Assembly: GCF_009914755.1 (NCBI RefSeq)
Contig: NC_060930.1
Strand: one strand, 5' to 3'
DNA length: 64,000 bases
From: the human T2T-CHM13v2.0 reference genome, Homo sapiens
Shown here one piece after another: positions 55,085 to 64,000 of this stretch (its first letter is position 1; each line of letters opens with the position of its first letter). Made by a program: the position numbers and the translations under genes. Under the pieces are notes generated by a model. The model saw only the letters and a program-made list of their open reading frames with translations, had not been told where the DNA came from and made no database searches.

Positions 55085-55552
55085 TCAAGAGAGTCATCCT
55101 TAACTCCTCCTTAAACCTCAGCTCCCATGTCTAATCACCAAGCCATGACAATTTTACCAAGTTACCTCTCTTCCTTGTCTGTCTTCTCTCTAATTCCACT
55201 GTCGTGACCTTAGTTTTACCCTTTAACCCAGTGCTTCTTTCAGGGAAATAAAATAACTATCCTCAGTTCTCCCTCTTCTCCCAAACTATGCTCTACATGA
55301 CCAAAAATGAGTTGTAGAAAACATAACTCTGACTATACTGCTCATTCCATCAAAACCCTTCAATGGCTCCTAGTTGTATCATACAAAGTCTTGTATCAGA
55401 GATTACACTATCATAATTTTTCATTTATGTGTTCGAACTTTCTATTTGATTTTGAGCTCCTTAAGGTCAGAGACTATGTTATACTTATTACTGCATCTCC
55501 AGCTCTCAGCAGAGTACCTGGCACTTTTGTTGAACTAAAGTGGACTGAATGA
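55085..55552 (+). mobile_element. L2 3' fragment
   Basis: agtcatccttaactcctcc...aaacccttcaatggctcc...gagctccttaaggtcagagactatgt...cctggcac...tgaatga. Confidence 0.78.
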
Positions 55553-55587
55553 CAGGACACTGCATTGACATTTTAAACTCCTGATGT

Positions 55588-55884
55588 GGCCATGCATGGT
55601 GGCTCACATCTGTAATTCCAGCATTTTGAGAGACTGGCAGGAGGATCTCTTGAGTCCAGGAGATGGAGACCAGCCTGGGCAACAAAGCAAGACCCTGTCT
55701 CTACAAAATATTAGCTGGGTGTGGTGGCATGCACCTGTAGCCCTAGCTACTTGGGAAGCAGAGGCGGTAAGATCACTTAAGGAATTTGAGATTATAGTGA
55801 GCTGTGATGATGCCACTGCACCCCAGCCGGAGCAACAGAGCAAGTCCCTGTCTCAAAATAAACAAACAAAGAAACAAATAAACA
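55588..55884 (+). mobile_element. AluJ
   Basis: Perfect 13-bp TSD aaactcctgatgt (55575, 55885) at a TTTT/AA site; (CAAA)n tail. Confidence 0.93.
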
Positions 55885-55924
55885 AAACTCCTGATGTGGT
55901 CTAACTAGACTAGATAAAAAGAAG

Positions 55925-56132
55925 GTATGGCAGAGCAATTCTCTCTGAAATCAAAGAAAACTGAATTCAACAATAGTCTTATCAAATCTTAGGCAATTAC
56001 ATAACCTCTCTGAACCTTAGGTTCCCAAGATACAAAATGGTGTTATGGCAAATGGAATAACATACACTGTGTGCCTCCTACAATAGCTGGCACCTATTGA
56101 GAAGGTGCTCAATAAATGGCAGCTATTATTAT
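55925..56132 (+). mobile_element. MIR
   Basis: aggcaattacataacctctctgaaccttaggtt...gtgctcaataaatggcagctattatt. Confidence 0.75.
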
Positions 56133-56194
56133 GTTTAGTGATTTCTGCTGTGCAATTATACATACATTTATCAGACATCAAAATGACCTATTTT

Positions 56195-56377
56195 GGTGCT
56201 GTCCACTAGACAGGTATCTATATATCTATACTGTCTAACACTGTAGCCGCTGGCCATAAATGGCTCTTGACACTTGAAATGTGGCTAGTATAACTGAGAA
56301 ACTGATTTTTCAATTTTAATTAATTTAAATTTAGATAACCTCATGAGTCTGGGTGGCTACAGCACTGGACAGCACAG
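56195..56377. mobile_element. MER3 (hAT-Charlie)
   Basis: gtgctgtcca...cacttgaaatgtggctagt...actgagaaactg...ttaattaatttaaattta...gtggctac...tggacagcacag. Confidence 0.85.
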
Positions 56378-56929
56378 ACCAAATTAGCCCTGACATCAAT
56401 GGAGCACCCTTTAAGTGTCTATCATTTCCCCTTTCCCCAAAATCAGTCTTGTTTACAAGGATTCAAGTGCCAGTGTTAATTAGGGTCTATCTATGTCTTC
56501 ATTTTTGTTAATTCAACATTGCCTGCTCTGTTAAAGAAATCAGACCTAAATGCCTATATTTTTCACTCCCTTTGCAAATTAGCTCTAACACTAGTAGAAG
56601 GGGCTCTACATCAGTAAAACAATCCATTCTATTTAAGAAATTTATCCATGAAAGTGTGAGAAGATCAGATAACAGAGTTCCATAGAGAATCTTCCTCAAA
56701 TAAGCTCCTCCAAAACTTTGTATCTTTACAAAGTTAACGCAATTCAGCTTTTATTGCGTGTACTTCTTCACATATTCGTGCACTTGCTCTGCATTCCTTC
56801 TAACACTCTAAATTCATTGAAGGTAGAAACGATCTTGCTTCATTTCCCTGTACACATTTTGAAAGAATTACTGCCAAAGAAATGAATGAAGAATACAGTC
56901 CACAGAATGGAATCCCCAGCACAACACAG

Positions 56930-57120
56930 AGAGATGGATCAGAGTGGCAAGTGCACAGGATCTGGACCAAAAGAGCTTGCTTCAAATCTCAGCTCTGCCA
57001 TTAACATTCTATGAGGTTTGGAAAAATCACCTGACCTCCTATCTGTCAAATAATGATAATACTAACTGCAACTCCTAAATATCCTATTAATATAATAATC
57101 TAATGAGATAAATCAGACAT
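56930..57120 (+). mobile_element. MIR
   Basis: ttcaaatctcagctctgccatta...tctgtcaaataatgataatacta. Confidence 0.7.
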
Positions 57121-57874
57121 ATAAATATTAGTGCAAATAGTGTAACTGAGAAAGTAATACAAAAAACACTTAAATCTCTATCTTGTATATTACTACAGAA
57201 AATAATGTCCCATAAATATGAAAAACACCAGGTATCTGTCTTGACAATCTGTATAAATGTCTAGAGGGAAAGATCAATTTTAAAATAATTATAAGGATGA
57301 TTACACTTCCATTTGTAAACTGTAATATTAGTCATTACCGGTGGTGTAGTTTTTATCTGACATCAAGGTCATAGAATGCTGAAATATGCTTTTGTATATA
57401 TGGCCTGTTCTCCTTAATTATACCTGTGCTGTAAAGATAGGGTCTGCAGTTTTCAAAAGTATTTGGTAAAAATAGTTCACTTTTGTTGTTTGCTTTTCAG
57501 TTCACAAAGCACTTTCACTTACATGCTTAAAGTTCTCTTCGGGACAACTCCAAGATAGGTTGAGGATTTTAGTATTTCCACTTTGCAGAAAAGTAAACTA
57601 ATAACAACATCAGTAAGTAAAACCATCAGATTAATAACTCGAAGTCTAGAACTCCTGTTCTTGTACTCAAGGAATTTCCTACTGTTTCTCATTTCCAAAG
57701 GAGAACCCAGATTGTGTTCATGTATTCCCACATCAAGAATTTTAGCAAAATACTAGGTATTACACTGTACATCTATCTCATCATACATATGTATGTTTAT
57801 ATATAATTTAATATTAATATTAATATATAATTTAATAATTTTAAAAAGTGTTCTCACCCACACTCACTTAGCAG

Positions 57875-58105
57875 ATCCTTACAGATAGGGTATGCCAGGT
57901 AGGACAATCACCATTTATAGATAAGGAAACTGGGTTTTGGAAAGATCTCAACTCTTGACTGTGTCTTTGCAGGGTTATGGAGATGAATGATCTGTGCACC
58001 TGGGCTATGGATCGAGATCTACTATCACCCAGTTGAGTAACTTCAAATAAGTCACCCAACCTCCCTGGGCCTTGCCCTCCTGTGTAAAATGAGAGACTTT
58101 GAGTC
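57875..58105. mobile_element. Two adjacent MIR fragments in opposite orientation
   Basis: Minus: ccatttatagataaggaaactggg; plus: aagtcacccaacctccctgggcc...tgtaaaatgag. Confidence 0.6.
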
Positions 58106-58959
58106 ACTCACAGATACCACCTAGCTTTTAAAACTCTTATTCTGCAATTCAGCTAATTCGGCAACATCGCTGAGACACGGCCCCCGATGGTCTAAGTCCT
58201 TGCTGGTTCTTTGTCCTCTCTCAAACACTGTAATCCCTCTTAACAATATCTGTTTCTCCACAATCGAAAAACTGGACTTCATTAAGGAGTTCATTCTGTT
58301 TGTTTGTTTATCTTTATAGAGCCTTAGGCCCTGTTTATGTCCCATTTATTCTTTGATCTTTTAGCTATGTCCAGCCAGTAAAAACATTCCCTAGAAGAAA
58401 GGCTAGCTGACACATGCAGGCACAGGGGTCCCAGGGAAAGGGGTGTGCCCTCACCTGGCCTGGCCTCACTGCGCTGCCTACTGCACTTTCACTTTGGGGA
58501 TAGGAGATGCTTGTCTGTGTTGATGGGTTTTGATATCTTTTACATTTTTATTTTTTAAAGAAATAGTACAAAACCCAAGGGTGATAGGAAAGACAGGCTC
58601 TTGCACCCAGGTCCAGGAACAGGGTCACAACAGATTTTAAACAATTTAAGTGGCCCAACTAAGAACATTTCCACCATAAAGAAGGGGCAAGTCCAAAAGA
58701 AGTCATGTCTAAGGGCACCTGGCTAAAAGTAGGGACTCATGTGCACAAATCCACACATACCCTCTGCTGGCATGGATAAAGCTCTTCCTACATCCCGGCG
58801 GAGGTGCCAGAGAAATAAGCAACCTGACCCCCCAAGAGTCTTTGGAGCCTGGCAGTAACCTGAGCTGCTCTAGGTTATTTTTGCTGATGGCTAGTGGTTC
58901 TTAAAGGGACTGTGTTCTAAGTACACATGTCCAGACACAGGATGCAAATTAATGATAAG

Positions 58960-59195
58960 ACAGAAGTGATTGGTCTATCTTCATTAAACAAAGTCTATAA
59001 ATGCTTATAATAGATAAACGAGAAGACATGTGAGCAAATATTTTAATGACCTTTCAAAGGGATCAATCATATATCCTGTGATATAACATCAATGGCTTAA
59101 TACAAGGCAATACTGAATAACACACAATTCTATTGGTGTAAAATGTGAAGACAGCAGGCATTCCCCCAAGGCTCTGTCCTTAGTGCAAGCCTCCT
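58960..59195 (+). mobile_element. L3/CR1 LINE reverse-transcriptase fragment
   Basis: ggcattcccccaaggctctgtccttagt reads G-I-P/Q-G-S-V-L with a frameshift, resembling RT motif GVPQGSVLGP. Confidence 0.5.
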
Positions 59196-59509
59196 ACGTA
59201 AGGGAATGGGGAGTCAAGATTACAGATGGAAATGACTTCCAGGACTGAGCTCTACAGTTATCATCCCACTTAAATGCTCGCTACAACTCTCAGAAGTATA
59301 ATCATTCCATCGTACCAAAAAGGAAAGTGGAGCTCGGCGAGGCTTCGTAACATAGAGCAAAAGTTACATGACGGATGGGTGCAAGCCCCTTCCAATAATG
59401 TCTATGGGAAAGGTGAAGATTCCGAAAGCAAATATCCCACTCAATAAATCATTCTCATGAAACAATTAGTCCTTTCATTCTCTATCCCACATCCCTATAT
59501 TGGCCAGGC

Positions 59510-59745
59510 AGGAACTGGAAAGTGGGACCTGGAGTCACAAACACCCAGGTTTGTAAACCTTTTCCACCACAAACTTGCTGGGTGACGTTGGGCAAGGTGG
59601 ATACACTCCCTGAGCCTCAGTGGGAATAACAGTAGTATCTACATGATCAGGTTGTTTAGAGAGTAAATGAGGTCATCATATGTGTAATATATTTGGAATG
59701 GTGCCTAGCACGAAGAAACCCCACAGTAAAACAATTGCTCTTATC
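59510..59745 (+). mobile_element. MIR
   Basis: tggagtcacaaacacccaggtttg...tgggtgacgttgggcaagg...ctgagcctcagt...gtgcctagcac. Confidence 0.8.
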
Positions 59746-59869
59746 AGTTGCATTAGTATTCCTAATGCGGCAAGTGTGCAATTCAATTTCCCTTGAAAAA
59801 TTTGATAATCTATAATCATAAGAAAAATCACGTAACAGCTAATTATCAAGCAGGTACTGTACAGATACT

Positions 59870-60035
59870 ATCTCTGGTGATCACAATTTTGCCAGGCAAG
59901 TGATCTGACTCCCCTTTGCAGATGAGGGAACTGAAATTTACAAAGGTTTAGTATCTTGCCCAAATTACAACTAGCAAGTGACAGGACAGCGACTTTAATT
60001 TAGGTCTGACTTCAAAGCCCATACTCCTTTCTCTC
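59870..60035 (-). mobile_element. MIR
   Basis: ttgcagatgagggaactgaaatt...cttgcccaa...ggtctgacttcaaagccc. Confidence 0.75.
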
Positions 60036-60367
60036 AATCAAGAAATAGCCAGAGAAATGGCATGAAGAGCAGTGGGAACAACCCTCTATTCTATCCAGTT
60101 CTATTCTACAACTTGTTAACTCTGCCCTAAAGTCAGTGTGTAACCTCTTAACCTGTTTCACCTGCATTTTTCGGGGGGAGGGAAGCCTAATCTCTGCAGC
60201 ATGTTATCCATCCATTATTGGTTTATAGGTAATTCTACAGAGAATGATAAAGTTCTCTGTAAACCTATTTAAAATATATTATTCTAAGGGTTCATTTCTG
60301 AGCCATGGCTCTTCAGAAATCCACAAGCCCCATATTACATAATCATGATAAAGCCACACAAATGCGT

Positions 60368-60580
60368 AAAAGCTTATAGTTCATAAAGCATCTTCACAAA
60401 CATTCGCTCACTTAATCATCCTAACAACTGAGCAAGGTAGCTATGTGCCTGTTTCTCAGATGCTGAAACTGAGGCACAAGTTAAGTCTATTGCTTATAGT
60501 TATATAATCAATAAATAGTAGAGTTGCCATTTTAATAGCTGGGTTTTATGATGTCATATCTGTGTTCCATCCATTGTATT
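60368..60580 (-). mobile_element. MIR
   Basis: ttaatcatcctaacaac...cagatgctgaaactgaggcacaag. Confidence 0.75.
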
Positions 60581-61017
60581 AAGTCCAGCTCAGGAAAAAT
60601 ATCAGCATCTTTCTAGTGTGATCTGCTACAATCTATAATATATCAAGGGACGATATATTATTAGCCTCTCCTTCTGTCTTTCAGGTACTATCTTTTACTT
60701 GTGTTGTAAAATATAGTTTTAATTAATTTCAACATTATTTCCTAACATAGCATAATACCTACTCAAGAAAACCATGTCAACAGGTTAACTTCCCAAAGTT
60801 TGACTGTTCAAGAGCACAGGGGCCATATCTTACTCATCATTTTATAGCCTGGAGTACCTTATGGCACTTAAAAGTAGATGATCCATAAATTAAACTGAAT
60901 AAAGCTCAAGACAACTGTAACTTTATAAAATTATATGTCCCTATTTTACATAATAATTTTTAAAAACTTTAAGGTACTTTTAACAGTGAACTTGACAACA
61001 GAAGTTATGTTTCAAGA

Positions 61018-61255
61018 TCACATTTATTGAGTGTCCAGCGTGTCTTGCAGTGCTCCAAGTGCTTTACATTTACTACTTTATTCCTGGAAAACAATTCTAT
61101 GGGTAGGCACTAATTTTTTTTTATTTTACAGATGAGGAAACTAAATCAAGTTAACTTGGACAAGGGCATAGAGCTAGTTAGTGGTAGAGCAGTCATTTGA
61201 ACGCAGGGTCTCCGGCATCCACAGCATGTGTTCAGAACCACTCCACTACACTGTC
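61018..61255 (-). mobile_element. MIR, near full-length
   Basis: catttattgagtg...aagtgctttaca...ttttacagatgaggaaact...gctagttagtggtagagc. Confidence 0.85.
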
Positions 61256-61825
61256 CCCACTGATAATATGCCAGACACTGTCCTCAGACCTTAATTCATC
61301 TTCACAACAACGCTGGGACCAGTAGAAAATCATCTTGGAAATTGAAAGTCGCCTTGATAATTCACTGGCACGAATTGGTATTCAGGAGAAAAATTAAGTA
61401 AACCAATTTAATTGTTTATAACAGTCCTGCTCCATGACCAAAAATATCACAAGTAGCACATCCATCACATTACAATTTTAAAAGTTGTTGGGAAAATAAA
61501 ACTTAGAGCTACATTTTAACTTTAACACTTGAACTTTAAATTTATAGCCAGTTACCTCTTCTTGAACAGTATCTTGATATGTTTTCTGTGCAGTCTTGTA
61601 CACTTCACATTGTTTTCTGTTTTGTCTTACAGTTGTGATTCTATCTAGCATCCACTGAAATTTTGGTTTTTTTTAAACAATAAAAATCTGGTAGAAATGT
61701 TTTTTTCAGGACTTAAATTTTTGTCTCTTTTCTTGCCTTCATCTTATTTTCTCGTCTTTTTTTCCTTCCTGGTCAAATGATGTAGGATGGTATGTATAGC
61801 AATCTTCCAAAACTAGATGCTTAAG

Positions 61826-61938
61826 AGTAGGTTCCTCAAAGTTGAGTCTATGGGCAATCCACATCATTATCTCCAGGGCTGGGGCTCCAAATCTACATTT
61901 TTTCAGCAAGTTGCCAAGGTGAATTCTCTACATACTGG
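61826..61938. mobile_element. MER5-like fragment
   Basis: ggttcctcaaagttg...tctccagggctggggctccaaatctacatttttt...caaggtgaattct. Confidence 0.5.
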
Positions 61939-63014
61939 GATAAATCATAAGATTTTCAGTCTGCTGATTCCTGTAAGTGGTTCTTCCATTGAAGCCTTTT
62001 TCATTTAGCAGTGTGTATGTGCTAGTTTTATAAAAACATAAACTTCACTCTCTAGACTTCAGCTGAGAGTGTCACACAATATGGGGCATTTTATGTGCTA
62101 AATTTAAACCAAAGATTTTAACACACTGTATTATTTATTTCAATGTGTAGCAGCCAGGAAACACAACTAGAGAATAGAGAGTGGATCAAACCAGGCCTCC
62201 AAAGATAATGAATGGCTTAGGAAATGCACCCAACCTGTTTCATTTGAGTTTACCGAAGCAATAGATTTTTATTTTTGGTGTTTCATTTTCATATAAAACC
62301 TGACCATTTGCATCCCTCAATTAACCTTCATTATTAAAAACTACCTTATTGAACCAATTAATGGCCGATGTTAGAGAAAAACATTCAAATAAAACTTCAT
62401 CAGAAGTTTTCATTTAATAGAAATTATTTAATTACTAACAATGCAAGAGATAAGCTAAAACTTAGAATGTGACCTTTTTTGAGATGTCACTTGCTGAAAT
62501 GTTTGATTATTGTCCATAAAACCTGACAGGAAGTTCAGATTACTATATGTGGGTCTCTAAGAGAGGCTAATATAGTCAATTGTGTCACATCACCTACCTT
62601 CCTAATCTTCACACTTAGTGTTTGTTCTTCAACCTATGGAGACACCCAGTTCCTCAATTCCAGCAGTTCACCATCTTCCTCCTCCTCCTGCTCTGGGTTT
62701 CTTTCACTATTGTCTCTGAATTCCACTGTGAACCACTTTGCCCTTTGTCTTGCCAGCATCCCAACTCATCTGATACCTTGTCCTTCATACCCATCCTAAA
62801 AAACACTCAATTTGGTTCACTGGTTTTTCGGTCCCTATGTAATCTAGAGGGGCTGAGAAAAAGCACCAATTTCACAGGCTGGGCTACTTCTGTGGAGCCC
62901 TCTGAATGTCGGCCTCTCATTCCAGGATGCTCTGCTCAGCACTCTCTGCCATTTCCTTCAGAGACAATTCCAAGTGTTCCCCATTTTTGTCAATATTATC
63001 CAGTTTTTCCAGAT

Positions 63015-63390
63015 AAATAAATTTGCCTTTCACTTCACAAAAAAGAAAAAACAATAAAATAATGAATTTTTCAAAGAAAATTATGTTTAATGCACAGTTT
63101 CTACCCATAAACTTAGTAGTATACCTCCTTCTGCCCCAATCAGTCCTTTCTGGTGCTCAAAGCACTCTAGCTGCTCCAGGATTCTGCTCAATTATCATCT
63201 TTCCTCTATATCATCTACATTTCCCTCTCCAATGGCTCTACTTGGTCAGCACATATAAACAGGTTCACAATGATGCAGAAATGCTTTCTGGGTCTTACCT
63301 CTTATTCTATCATCTCACTCCTCCTACACACAGCCAAGCTTTCTTGAGGTACAGAGTATGACTATATTGTTCTCTTCTCTACCTCCACAA
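63015..63390 (+). mobile_element. L2 internal fragment
   Basis: ttgcctttcacttcaca...ctcctcctacacacagccaagctttcttgag. Confidence 0.6.
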
Positions 63391-63444
63391 ACATAGTTCC
63401 AGATAGGCCCTCAATAATAATTCTCATTGTTTCAATATTGATGC

Positions 63445-64000
63445 TGAAAATAGAGAAAGCCCAATAGAAAGGTGGAAACATAGTTCAGCAGCCACTTTAT
63501 AAAAAGAGAATATACAACAGCCAAAAAAAATAGGAAAAGGGGCTCAACTTTGTTAACCACCAGAGAAATAAAAATTAAAACTATAAGGTACACCACTACA
63601 TAGCCATCAGAATGGCCAAAATGCAAAAGATGAAAATACTACAGCAGGTTGAGGACAGTTAGGACCCTCATGCATGTTAGAAGGGGCACAAATTGGCATA
63701 CCTGCTTTAAAAAGGCACGCGGTAATAACTACTAAAGTGGAATTCATGCAAGCCCCATGATGTAGCGACTCCACCCCTAGGGCTGCATCTGCAGAGATGT
63801 ACCATAATATTCATAGAAGCACTATTTGTAAGAGCCAAAGCCAAAAGTAATCCAAATTCATCAATGGTAGAACGAAGAGATTATAGCACATTCATAGGAT
63901 GGAATTCAATACAGTAATGAGAATGGATGATTGTTACACATGAACAAATCTCACTGACATACCATGGAGTGAAATAAGTCAGACACACACACATGACGCA
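63445..64000 (+). mobile_element. L1M (L1ME/MD-like) ORF2 3' fragment, runs off the window
   Basis: ccagagaaataaaaattaaaactataaggtacacc...catcagaatggccaaaat...gcactatttgtaagagccaaa...catcaatggtagaa. Confidence 0.85.

Noticed and set aside
62622-63361. 132-aa and 112-aa ORFs
   Set aside because: Pyrimidine-rich, at least partly L2-derived sequence; low-complexity translations with non-ATG starts

Overview
Primate (most likely human) genomic DNA, AT-rich, with no protein-coding exon I can support. All listed ORFs are short and fall in repeats or look like chance ORFs. The best gene-level signal is a 113-bp minus-strand exon at 3287-3399 with strong splice sites and stops in all three frames, i.e. 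a 5'UTR or non-coding exon. The rest of the window looks like one long intron of that minus-strand gene. From memory and unverified, this fits HIVEP2 (exon 2 plus part of intron 1); BLAT is needed. Interspersed repeats: 9 Alus (J and S, no obvious Y), MER1A, two MER20, MER3, MER5-like, old L1M, many L2 and MIR, and a probable L3/CR1 RT fragment. The most unusual structure is a ~970-bp AT-rich block (28574-29547) bracketed by a perfect 46-bp inverted repeat and containing a 37-bp minisatellite with palindromic TAATCGATTA cores. Other points of interest are kappaB-site clusters, a perfect 20-bp double-E-box palindrome, G-quadruplex islands, a candidate cassette exon, inverted Alu pairs and a nested TE. 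I found no convincing novel biological system, CRISPR array, tRNA or rRNA.
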